Assembly: GCF_009914755.1 (NCBI RefSeq)
Contig: NC_060947.1
Reading direction: 5' to 3' (one strand)
DNA length: 64,000 nt
Origin: the human T2T-CHM13v2.0 reference genome, Homo sapiens
In this document: positions 51,655 to 64,000 of the stretch, piece by piece
Numbering within the stretch: position 1 is the first letter of the stretch
How the letters are laid out: every line of letters starts with the position of its first letter
The notes under the pieces: generated by a model
Told to the model about the DNA's origin: nothing
Seen by the model: only the letters and a program-made list of their open reading frames with translations
The model's database searches: none
Made by a program: the position numbers and the translations under genes

Positions 51655-51957
51655 TTGTTTGTTTGTTTTTGAGATGGAGTTTCACTCTGTCGCCCAGGCT
51701 GGAGTGCAATGGCGTGATCTAGGCTCACTGCGACCTCCGCCTCCCCTCCCAGGTTCAAGCAATTCTCCTGCCTCAGCCTCCCCAGTAGGTGGGATTATAG
51801 GCACCCACCACCACGCCCGGCTAATTTTTATATTTTTAGTAGAGGTAGGGTTTCTCCATGTTGGCCAGGCTGGTCTGAAACTCCTGACCTCAGGTGATCC
51901 GCCAGCCTGGGCCTCTCAAAGTGCTGGAATTACAGGCATGAGCCACCATGCCCGGCC
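51655..51957 (-). mobile_element. Alu (S family), full length
   Basis: Reverse Alu ending cccggcc at 51957. Confidence 0.93.
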
Positions 51958-52839
51958 GAGAGTAGAAATTTTAATGAATGAGAGAGACAGAGAGAGTATG
52001 TGTAGGGGAGTTCCCGCTTTCTTCCTCTCTCCTCCTTTCTCTACCGCCCAACTCATCCTCACCTTCTCTGCGAATTCTAACTGTCCTTTGTCATTTAGCA
52101 CCCTCATCTTCCAAAGTCTGGCTGCAGAGGAGGTACAATAGCCACTCCCCACTCCCGCCCCCCTTTGAGACCCCAGATGGCCAGCACCTAGAAAGTTCTT
52201 ATTTTGAGAATGTGACTATTGACCCTGCAGGACAACATTCTGAGCATAAAAGCACTATCAGATGCAGAAAAAAGGGTTTAAAAGAACCTAACAGAGGTCG
52301 CAAAACCAACATCTTGGGTCATAGGTTCCGTAGTTTCCAACTTCATTTTGATGGCAGGATAGTCCTGACCCAAAATCCCAGTGGTCTCTCGCATGCTCCT
52401 CTATTTCCCCTCCTCTCACCTTGCTGTCTTTTAAGAAATCAAGACTGGAAGATACATAGTAGTGAGAAGATGTCCAGGAGGTGCCCCCTTGATTCTGCGG
52501 TCTGGGAGGTCCTCCAGAAAGGGTGAACCTTCGTGCCCACCCACGCACCCCGGCTCCAACCCCATTTCCTAGGCCTCTGCCTTTCACTGAGGAATGATTT
52601 CCACTGGTTTCCTGTAAGGCCATGTCGCAGATACGGTTAGAACTTGTGTCTGGATCTCATTCTACTCTGCTTCTGGGGCCTGGCCTGACATGAAATGCTA
52701 ATCTGGTCCGGCTTATGTTTATGTCAGTGAAGCCATCCTCATGAAGAGGACGTGCACATTAGACCACAGTGGGGTTTCTAGAACATGTCCTGTCCCTACA
52801 TAGGAGAAACTATGGGTCAAGGTATCTTTGGTCCTAGAT

Positions 52840-53038
52840 GCAGAGAATAGCAGACTCTTTCTGTAAAAGGCCTGATGGTGAATGATTTAAGCTACGCAAG
52901 CCACAGGTGGCCTCGGTCACATAGCCTCCATTTTTTCAAGCAAAGCTTTAAAAATGTAAAAATCACTCTTAGCTTTCAGGCCTTACAAATACAAGTCACT
53001 GGCCACATCTGTTCTGTGAGTTAGCTTGCCAACCCCTG
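52840..53038. mobile_element. hAT-Charlie DNA transposon relic (MER58-like)
   Basis: ctttctgtaaaaggcc...tttaaaaatgtaaaaatcactcttagct...ttgccaacccctg terminus. Confidence 0.65.
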
Positions 53039-53319
53039 GCTAGACATTCATTCTCACCTCTCAAATCCATCAAAGCCCTCCCTCCTCTCCTGGGCTTTCC
53101 ATAGCACAAGTGCAGGTTTATAATGAATTTCCTCACCATGAGTACCTGAAAAGAGACTATGGAATTGAGTTTTGTGTACACTGTGAGGGAGAAGTAAAGT
53201 TTCATTTGCACGCACGGATGCCCAGTAATCCCAAGACCACTCATTGAAAACTCAGTCATTCCCCCACAGAATTGAAATGCTGCAGCTGTCATATATCACA
53301 TGTTTTATTTTAAAAGCTA

Positions 53320-53856
53320 TGGCTTTCTCATCAGTGACTATGGAGGCTACAGGACAGTGTCACGTCCTCTTGAAAGTGCTGATGGGAAAAAAAATCAACC
53401 CAGAGTTCTCCATCCTTGAAAATATCTTCACAGATGAAGGTGAAATAAATGTTTTCAGACAAAAGACAACTAAGATTCTTTGTCACTGGTAGGCATACAA
53501 TAAAATAAATGCTATAGGACATTCTTCAGGTTGAAGAAAACTACATCAGGGGAAAATACAGATCTTCCAGAGCCAGAACATGTTCCAGAGTAAAGAACAT
53601 CAGAAATGTTCAGTGTCTGAGAATGTACAAAAAAAATTTTCACTTAGTTCCTTTAAAATATACTTGAATGCTTAAAGCAAAAGTTCTAACATCATTTTGC
53701 TGTGTTTATAATGTATGTACATAAATTACAAATGACAATAATAGTATAAAGGACACTAAGGAATAGTAAAAGTATGTATATTGTTATAAAGATTTTACAT
53801 TCTGTATGAGGTGGTAGAATAAAACTCTAAGTACATTATAAAAAGTTAAGGACACA
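53320..53856 (+). mobile_element. Old L1M fragment (ORF1 end and inter-ORF region)
   Basis: aatcaacccagagttctc...aaaatatcttcacagatgaaggtgaaataaatgttttcagac resembles the ORF1 C-terminus. Confidence 0.6.
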
Positions 53857-53961
53857 TTTCACCATGTTGGCCAGGATGGTCTCGATCTCCTGACCTTGTG
53901 ATATGCCCACCTTGGCCGCCCAAATTCCTGGGATTACAGGGGTGAGCCACCGGGTCTGGCC
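53857..53961 (-). mobile_element. Alu left-arm fragment
   Basis: tttcaccatgttggccaggatggtctcgatctcctgacc...gagccaccgggtctggcc. Confidence 0.85.
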
Positions 53962-54139
53962 AGCTTCCCTACTTTATGAGGTTTTGGGACTCGGAATGGC
54001 TTCCTGGCTCCTCAGCTTGCAGATGGCCTATTGTGGCACTTCACCTTGTGACCGTGTGAGCCAATTCTCTTAATAAACTCCCCTTCATATATTCATCTAT
54101 CCTGTTAGTTCTGTCCCACTAAAGAACCCTGACTAATAG
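53962..54139 (+). mobile_element. MLT2-type (ERVL) LTR 3' part
   Basis: gctcctcagcttgcagatggcctattgtgg...aataaactcccct...agaaccctgactaata. Confidence 0.8.
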
Positions 54140-54279
54140 ATATGCCACATTTTGTTTATTCACACACCTGGCAATGGAAGTTTGGATTTTTTTCCAGATC
54201 GAGGCTGCAATAAATAATGCTACTACAAATATTTGTGTATGTCTTTGTGCAGACATATATTTTCATTTCCCTTGGATAG

Positions 54280-54674
54280 TGTCACATTTAGAATGTGTCC
54301 CCCAAAATTCATATGTTGAAACGTAATCAATAGTATGATAGTATTGAGAGGTGGGGCCTTTAGGAAATAATTAAGTCACAAAAGAAGAGCCCCAGGGACA
54401 GAATTAGGGCCTTTATGAAATGATTTGAGGGAATGGGTTCATCCCTTCCTGTTGCTTCCACCATGTGAGGACACAGCATTTATCCCTTCCAGAAGATGCA
54501 GCAACAAGGCAACAGCTTGGAAGGTGAGAGACTGGACCCTCGCCTGATACCAAACCTGCCAGTATCTTGATCTGGAACTTTCCAGCCTCCAAAACTGTGA
54601 GAAATAAATTTCTATTGCTTATAAATTACCCAGTCTGTGGTATTTTGTTATAGAAGCGTGAGTGGCTTAGGACA
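54280..54674 (+). mobile_element. MaLR LTR (MST/MLT1A-like)
   Basis: gaatgtgtcccccaaaattcatatgttgaaa...ttataaattacccagtctgtggtattttgttatag. Confidence 0.8.
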
Positions 54675-54740
54675 GGTAAATACCTTAAAGAAGACTAGCT
54701 GGGTCATATCTTGAGTTTATGTTTTCTTTTTAAAGAAATT

Positions 54741-55030
54741 GCTCATGCCTGTAATCCCAGCACTTTGGGACGCCAAGGCAGGCAGATCACTTGAGGTCAG
54801 GAGTTCGAGACCAGCCTGGCCAACATGGCAAAACCCCGTCTCTACTAAAAATACAAAAACTAGCCAGTCATGGTGGCGGGCGCCTGTAGTCCCAGCTACG
54901 TGGGAGGCTGAGACAGGAGAATTGGAAGGCTGAGACAGGAGAATCGCTCAAACCTGGGAGATAGAGTTGCAGTGAGCCAAGATCATGCCATTGCACTCCA
55001 GCCTGGGCAACAGAGCAGTACTGTCTCAAG
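54741..55030 (+). mobile_element. Alu (S family), slightly 5'-truncated, with an internal 18-bp duplication
   Basis: aggctgagacaggagaat at 54905-54922 and 54927-54944. Confidence 0.92.
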
Positions 55031-55111
55031 AAAGAAAAAGAAAGAAAGAAAGGAAGGAAGGAAGGAAGGAAGGAAGGAAGGAAGGAAGGAAGGAAGGAAG
55101 GAAGGAAGGAA

Positions 55112-55154
<43 letters not shown>

Positions 55155-55234
55155 AAGAGACAGAGAGAGAGAGAGAGAGGGAGAGGGAGAGAGAGAGAGA
55201 GAGAGAAAGAAAGAGAGAAAGAAAGAAAGAAAAA
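55028..55234. repeat. Compound purine STR (GAAA)n(GGAA)n(GA)n derived from an Alu tail
   Basis: About 200 bp, almost entirely purine on +. Confidence 0.95.
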
Positions 55235-55492
55235 TAGTCAAGCTTTTTTCCAAAATGGTGAAAAAATTTTACATTCTCACTGGCATGTCTGAAATTTCCA
55301 GTGTCTCTACACCGTCAAAAATGTGAAATTGTCTGGTTTTCTTATTATAGCCATTGTAATGAGTGTAGTTTTATTACCTTATGGTTTCAATTTGCATTTT
55401 TTTAATGGCCAATGATGTTTGGGCATATTTTCATGTATTTTTATACATGCATGTATCTTCTTTAGTAAAGTATCTATTAAATATTTGGCTCA

Positions 55493-55822
55493 TTGTTATG
55501 AACTGAATGCCTCCTAAATTTGAATCTTGTAGCCTAATTCCCAATATGATGATATTTGGAGGTGAGCCTCTGGGAGTTAGTTCATGAGGGTAGAGCCCTC
55601 AGGAATGGGATTGGTGTCTGAGACGAGACATGACAAAGATTATCTCTCTCTTAGCCATGTGAGAATATAGTAAGATGGAAACTGTCTCTAAGTCAGGAAA
55701 CAGGCCCTCACCAGACACCAGTTTTGCTGTCACCTTGATCTTAGACTTCTCAGCCTCCAGAACGGTGAGGAATGAATGCATGTTGTTTAAGCCACCCAGT
55801 CTATGGTATTTTTGTTACAGCA
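55493..55822 (+). mobile_element. MaLR LTR (MLT1A-like)
   Basis: tgttatgaactgaatg...catgagggtagagccctc...gttgtttaagccacccagtctatggtatttttgttacagca. Confidence 0.8.
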
Positions 55823-56114
55823 AATCTACCTATTTTAATTTTTTTAATTATTATTGAGTTTTGAAAGTTCTTTATAGAAGAACTTGCATACAAGTCCTCT
55901 AACAAATATGTTTTAGAAATATTTGTATAAGCCATGGCTTACATTTTCATTCTATTAACAGTGTCTTTTGAAAAGCAGAATTTTATAATTTTAACTATGT
56001 CCAATCCAATTTGTCAATCTTTTGTTTATGGATTAGCCTAATCCAAAAACAAAGATTTTCCCCCATTTCCTTCTAGAAGTTTTCTAGTTTTTGCTCATAT
56101 ACTAGGGTCTGTGT

Positions 56115-56411
<297 letters not shown>

Positions 56412-56983
56412 GTTAAGGTCTGTGATCCGTTCTGAGGTAACCTTTATGTGTGATTATGTGAGGTAACGGTTTAAGTTCACTTGTTGCATACGGATAGCCA
56501 GATGTTCCAGCACCATTCCCTGAGATCCTCTTTTTTCTTAATGATTTGTGCTAATATCTTTGCCAAAAATCAAATGAATACAGATGCAAGGATTTATTTC
56601 TGTACTCTCCATTCTGTTCCATTTATGTATATGCCTATACTTTTGCCAATTCTCTACTGTCCTGATTACTATGGTCTTATGGTAAGTTTTGCAATCAGTT
56701 AGCATATCTTTCAACTTTGTACTTTTGCAAAAATTGTTTTGGCTATTCTAGGTTATTTGCATTTCCATATAAATTTGAAAATCATCCTATCAATTTCTAT
56801 TGGAATTTTGATGGGGATTGATTTGAATTTATAAATAAATTTAGGTACAATTGCCATCTTGACAATAATGAGCATTTCGATTTATAAACATAGAATGTGT
56901 CTCTGTTCATTGCCTTCTTTGGCTTCCATCAACAGTGTTCTCTCAACTATAGTTCATGGACAAGTCTTGTGCTTCTTTTGTCA

Positions 56984-57145
56984 ATTTTTTTTTTATTTTG
57001 AGACAGAGTCTCACTCTGTCTCCCAGGCTAGAGTGCAGTGGCATGATCTTGGCTCACTGAAACCTCTGCTGCACTGGTTCAAGCTATTCTCCTGCCTCAG
57101 CCTCCCCAGTAGCTGGGATTACAGGCACCTGCCACTGCACCCGGC
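56984..57145 (-). mobile_element. Alu monomer-length remnant
   Basis: Reverse right arm ending ccactgcacccggc; TSD cttttgtcaatttt. Confidence 0.85.
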
Positions 57146-58104
57146 TCTTTTGTCAATTTTAACCCTAAGTATTTTTTTCTTGTTGATGCTGTGGTGAATG
57201 GCATTGTATTTTTAATTCAATTTTCTGATTAATTGCTAGTATATAGAAATATCAATTTTGTATATTGATATTGTGTGATGTAAATTTATAAAACTCAATT
57301 ACTAGTTCTAGTAGTTTTCATGCATTCCTTGATGTTTTCTAGAAAAAAAAAAGGCAGTTTTAATACTTCCTTTCTAATCCAGATGCATTTAATGTCTCTT
57401 TTTGAACTTGATTGCACTGGCTAAAAAATCCAGTAAAACGTTAAAAGAGAAGTGGCAAAAGTGAACATCTGTGCCTTGTTAGTAATCTTAGGAGGGAGGA
57501 AACAATACATTTCTTCAACATTACATATGATGTTAGCCCTGGGTTTCTCATGGATGCCCTTTATCAATTTGAGGAAGTCTTCTGCTCCTAGTTTGTTGAG
57601 GCTATTTATCATAAATGTGTGTTCCATTTTTATAAATACTTTTATGCATCTACTGAGAAAATTATGTGATTTTAATCCTATGTTCTACTAACATTGTGCA
57701 GTACTTAGTTGACTTTTGAATATTAAACCAACCTGGTTTTCATGGGATTAATCCCACTTGGTCATGACATATAATCCTATTTATATGTTGTTGGATTAAG
57801 TTTACTAATATTTTAAGTGTTATATCCATGACCATGAAGGATATAAAGGGTCTATAGTCTTCTGTTATTCTGATGTCTTTTTCTGGTTTTGGTGTCAGAA
57901 TAATACTGGCTTCACAGGATGAATCAGAAGTGTTTTCTCAGCCTCTATTTCTGAAACAGTTGTGAAGCACTGGCATTATTTCTTTTAAAAATATTTAATA
58001 GAATTCACCAGCGAAGCCAACTGGGTTGGGATTTTTCTTAGTGTAAGTATTTTTGATTATTAATATATTTACTTCTGTCGTAGGTCTAGTCAGATTTTTT
58101 ACGG

Positions 58105-58448
<344 letters not shown>

Positions 58449-58649
58449 TAATTTATTCTTAAATAAGTTTTAATAATTTGTGTCCTTTGAGAAATCTGAC
58501 CACGTCATCTAAGTTGTGTAATTTTCTGTCATGTTCATAATATTCCCTTACAATCCTTTTAATTTATGTGGGATCAGTAGTATCCCAATGTCCCATTTTC
58601 ATCACTGATTTTGATAATTTGTGCCTGTTCTCTTTTTTAAATTTCTTTT

Positions 58650-59241
<592 letters not shown>

Positions 59242-59916
59242 ATATTTTTCAATTTTTGTATTTTTTTCATAGAATGAATTTTGATGTTATTGACTTTCTT
59301 CTCTTGTTTTACTGTTTTCTATTTCTTTCATTTCTATTCTAGTCTTACTGATTTACTTTCTTCTGCTTGTTTTGGACCTAGTTTGCTTTTCTTTTTCTAG
59401 CTTCTAAAAGGGCAAATGAGGTTTGAAATCATTCTTTTCTGATATAGAGTTTAAACCTATAAATATCTTTGTTATTGACTTAGCTGCAGTCAATAAATTT
59501 TGATATGTTGTTTTAAATTTCATTCTACTAAAAATATCTCCTAATTTACTTTATGATTTCTTCCTTGACCCATCCCATTTGTTATTCAGAACTATGATGT
59601 ATAATTCCGTGGAATTTATGGATATCCAGATTTTATTCTTTTATTATTTTCTAATTTACTTCCATTCATACTTTGTAAGACAGGAATCTTTAAATTTCCT
59701 GAGGCTTGTTTTATGGTCCATCACATGTTCTGTCATAATGATCCATGTGTACATGAAAAGCGGGTGTATACCACAGGCTTGTGTGAAGTGATTTTATACA
59801 TCAGTTAGGTGAAGCTAGTTGATGTTGTCTTTTCAAGTGTTATATATTTTTGCTGGTTTTCTGTCCACTTGCTCTACCAGTTATTGAGAATGAGGAATAA
59901 AAATGCCCCCCGTCCC

Positions 59917-60214
59917 TTTTTTTTTTTTTTTTTCCGGATGGAGTCTCGCTCTGTTGCCCAGGCTGGAGTGCAATGGCACAAACTTGGCTCACTACAACCT
60001 CCACCTCCTGGGTTCAAGTGATTCTCCTGCCTCAGCCTCCTGAGTAGCTTGGATTACAGGTGCCTGCCACCATGCCTAGCTAATTTTTGAATTTTTAGTG
60101 GAGATGGGGTTTCACCATGTTGGCCAGGCTGGTCCTGAACTCCTGACCTCAGGTGATCCACCCGTCTCTGCCTCCCAAAATGTTAAGATTACAGGTGTGA
60201 GCCACTGCACCCAG
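59917..60214 (-). mobile_element. Alu (S family)
   Basis: Poly-T then reverse Alu; aaaatgcccc on both flanks. Confidence 0.93.
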
Positions 60215-61330
60215 CAAAATGCCCCATTATTATTGCTGAATTGTGTGGTCCTTCTTTTATTTATGGCACTTCTTGCTTTATGTATTTTGAAGCTTTGTTG
60301 CAAGCATGTATACATTTATAATTGATCTAGCTTCTGGATATATTAACTCTGACACTATTATGTAATTTTTATCTGTGTATTCCATAATATTCTTATCATG
60401 AAGCCTTGCCATAAATCTATTTCTTCAGATATTAATGTAGCCACTCCAGCTTTCTTATGATTACCATTGACACCATATATCTTTTTTCCATCCTTTTACT
60501 TTCAACCTATTTGGGTGTTGATTTAAGACTCATCTCCTGTAGGTAGTATAAACTCAGATCTTGCTTTTTTATCCACCTAATGATCTCCATCTTTTAATTT
60601 TGGTGTTTAAATTACTAAAATTTAATGTAGTTTTTGATATAGTTGAATCTAAATTTGCCATTTGGGTATTTGGTTTCTATATATCTCCCGTCTGGATTTG
60701 TTCCTCTGTTCCAGATTGACTGCATTCTTTTGTGTTCAGTAAATATTTTTAACTTTTCACTATATATTCACTAAATATTTTTATGTACCACTTTAACTTC
60801 TCTTTGAATTTTTAATTATGCTTTTGATTTATTTTAATAGTTGTTCTAAGGGTTACAATATACATTTTAACCTATCAGAATATACATCAGCTTAATACTA
60901 ACTTACTTCAAGTAAAACATAGAAACTTTGCTCATATTTATTTCCAAACCCCTCCAACATTGGTCTGTTATCATATAAATTACAGTTATATATTTTAAAA
61001 CCAACAGTACAATGTAATAATTATTACTTCACATAATCTTAGGTCATTTAGATAATATAGAAAAAATGAAAAAACAATACATAGAGTCTTTTTTATATTA
61101 ACCCAGCTATTTACCATTTCCTGTGCCCTTCATTTATTCTTGTGGATTCAAGTCACCATATAGAGTCATTTCCTTTTAGACTGAAGGACTGTTTTTAGTT
61201 ATTTCTTGTAATACAAGTTTGCTAGTAAGGAATTTTATCAGTCTTTATTTCACCTTGGCAGAATGTCCCTATAGATGGACCTAGGAAAGAGAAATACGGA
61301 AGCAGCCACAGGCCAGACCAAAACAGGGTT

Positions 61331-61767
61331 TGTATTAGTGCATTTTTGCATTGCTATTAAGAACTACCTGAGACTGTGTAATCTATAAATAACTTATAGA
61401 TTGTAGCTAAGGAAGTTGTTACAAAGATATTTATAGGTTTAAAGACTAAAGACGTTTAATTGACTTACACTTCCACAGTCTGTACAGGAAGCATGGCTGT
61501 GGAGGCCTCAGGAAACTTACAATCATGGTAGAAGGCAAAGGGGAAGCAGGCAGGTTTTACATGGCCAGAGAAGGAGGAAGAGAGCAGGGGGAGATGCTAC
61601 ACACTTTTAAACAACCAGATCTCACGAGAACTCACTCACTACATGAGAACAGCAAGGGGGAAATCCACCCCCATGATCCAATCACTTCCCACCAGGCCCC
61701 TCCTCCAACACTGAGGGTCACAATTGCACAAGAGATTTCAGCAGTGACACAAATCAAAACCGTATCA
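61331..61767 (-). mobile_element. MaLR LTR (MSTA-like)
   Basis: ggaggcctcaggaaacttacaatcatggtagaaggcaaaggggaagcagg...acacaaatcaaaaccgtatca. Confidence 0.85.
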
Positions 61768-61947
61768 GAGTTCAAACTTTCTTGCCCAAAGTTTAACATT
61801 GTTGTGCACATTTAATTTCCAGAGCACAGAAATGGTTGGTTTTGTCCATTTCATAGTTGTTCTTTGGCGAGAGGATTTCCCAACATCTTCACATGGTCAC
61901 TTGAGAAACGCCTTTCTCAAACATAATCTTTCATGTTTTATGAAAAA

Positions 61948-62765
61948 AGTCAACAAAAAAGCCAAACTCTGTAAAATATTGAAAAATGTTTATTCTGCAC
62001 AAAATACGACTGACCATGGCGCAAGGCACAGTCTCAAGACGTCCTGACCAAGGTGGTTGGGTTACAGCTTTCTTTTCTATGTTTTAGAGAGACAGAAGAC
62101 ATCAATCAATACATGTGAGGTATACATTGGTTTGGTGCAGAAGGGTAGGACAACTTAAAGCAGGGGAAAGTGGGTGCTTACAGGTCATAGGAAGATGCCA
62201 AGGTTTTCTGTTTGGCAATTGCTTGGAGGAGTTAAGTTATTTTCTAAAGACCTGGAATCAATAGAAAGGAGTGTCTGGGTTAACATAAGGGGTTGTGGAG
62301 ACCAAGGTTTTTATTACATAGATGAAGTCTCATAAGTGGCTGCCCTTAGAGATAATAAATGGTGAATGTTTCCTATGTAGACTTTAAAAGGTGCTAGAAT
62401 CTCAGTTAATCTCTTCAGGTTTAGGAGGGCCTGGAAGGGGAAAGATCTAGTTATGTTAAGGAGATGCTTTACAGATGCAAAATTTCCCCAACTGCCTTGC
62501 AGGGCCATTTCAAAATATGTCAAAGAAATCTATTTTGGGGGTAAAATATTTTTATTTCCTTTTTTATCATGTGAAGTTATACCTGAGTCAGGTTGAAATT
62601 TGGTATCTTATTGCTACAAAGAATCTGTTTTGTCAGTTTTAAGATCTGTTTTAATGTCAATTGTCATGGCCTGAACTAGTTTTCAGGATTCTTTAGAATC
62701 CCCTTGGCAGATGAATGGAGGGGAATTCAGTTGATTGGGGGAGTTAGAATTTGATTTTTCTGGTC
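61948..62765 (-). mobile_element. ERV1 LTR, MER4 family
   Basis: gccaaactctgtaaaatatt...tgaccatggc..aaggcacagtctc...gcagggccatttcaaaatatgtcaaagaaat...ttgggggagttagaattt. Confidence 0.8.
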
Positions 62766-62781
62766 AGGATTGAGCAGAGGA

Positions 62782-63379
<598 letters not shown>

Positions 63380-63727
63380 TTTCCCAGAGGCAACATCAAT
63401 GGCCAAACTATCATTTTGTTGCATACCATTGCTGGGGTGGTGTGGCTATGTGCCCTGGGTCTATCCTATCCCTTGGTGGGGACTCACGGCCAACAGATGT
63501 AGAGCCAAAAGACTTATAGCCAATTTAAATATCCTAGGCCAGATGGGAATGGAAGTGGAGCAGGCATTTATCAAACCTTAAAATTTTGTAATGTAAGCAT
63601 CAAGAACCAAAAGTCAAAAGGCAAGGTTACAAAATTGACTTAGCTATAAATTCTACGCATTAAGCTAGAATATCCTCACTTGGCCACTTGAGAAGTGTCT
63701 TTCTCAAACATTTTACATTTTATGAAA

Positions 63728-63908
63728 AAGCCAACAAGAAAAACCCAACTCTGTAAAATATTTTTAAAATTTTATTCTCAGCCAAATATGAGTGACCATG
63801 GCCCAAGGCACAGTCTCCAGAGGTCCTGAGAACATGTGTCCAAGGTGATTGGTTTACAACTTGGTTTTATATATTTTAGGGAGACCTAAGACATCAGTCA
63901 ATACATGT
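63728..63908 (-). mobile_element. Second MER4-family LTR fragment
   Basis: cccaactctgtaaaatatt...tgaccatggcccaaggcacagtctccagaggtcctgag...gacatcagtcaatacatg, similar to 61948-62117. Confidence 0.75.
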
Positions 63909-64000
63909 TTTAGTTATAGACTTGTAGCAATTAGCTTGCAAAAGATAAGTACTTTGTTAAAACTTTTTAAGCTACAGAATTTAGAGACTTTTGTTGTGTC

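Noticed and set aside
51978-52526. 182-aa plus-strand ORF
   Set aside because: Low-complexity, with no recognisable domain; the splice signals in this block favour the minus strand.
54972-55326. KEGR/ER-repeat ORFs
   Set aside because: Translation of a purine microsatellite.

Overview
Repeat-dense primate (human-like) genomic DNA with no intact host protein-coding gene that I can support. Main elements: (1) a 5'-truncated processed pseudogene of HDGF (18855-20475) with the C-terminal 83 codons, full 3' UTR, poly(A) and a 12-bp TSD; from memory this fits HDGFP1 on Xq26 next to FIRRE, which needs a BLAT check; (2) a full-length but dead L1PA2-type element (36167-42358) with a 17-bp TSD and a ~150-bp 3' transduction, inserted into a decayed ERV-L internal region; (3) a 3'-truncated L1PA7-type element, several older L1s, about 25 Alus, MaLR/ERV LTRs, MIR, L2 and two DNA-transposon relics. 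The least explained part is a largely non-repetitive block at ~49.9-52.7 kb. It holds a strong CTCF motif, a degenerate CCCTAA-like tract and a phase-compatible chain of small minus-strand exon-like segments, which may be a fossil or unannotated multi-exon gene; I cannot name a homologue. Also notable: an orphan retrocopy of an Alu-containing 3' UTR (24421-25048) and several repair or retrotransposition scars. Subfamily names come from recalled consensus sequences, and boundaries of old repeats are approximate.
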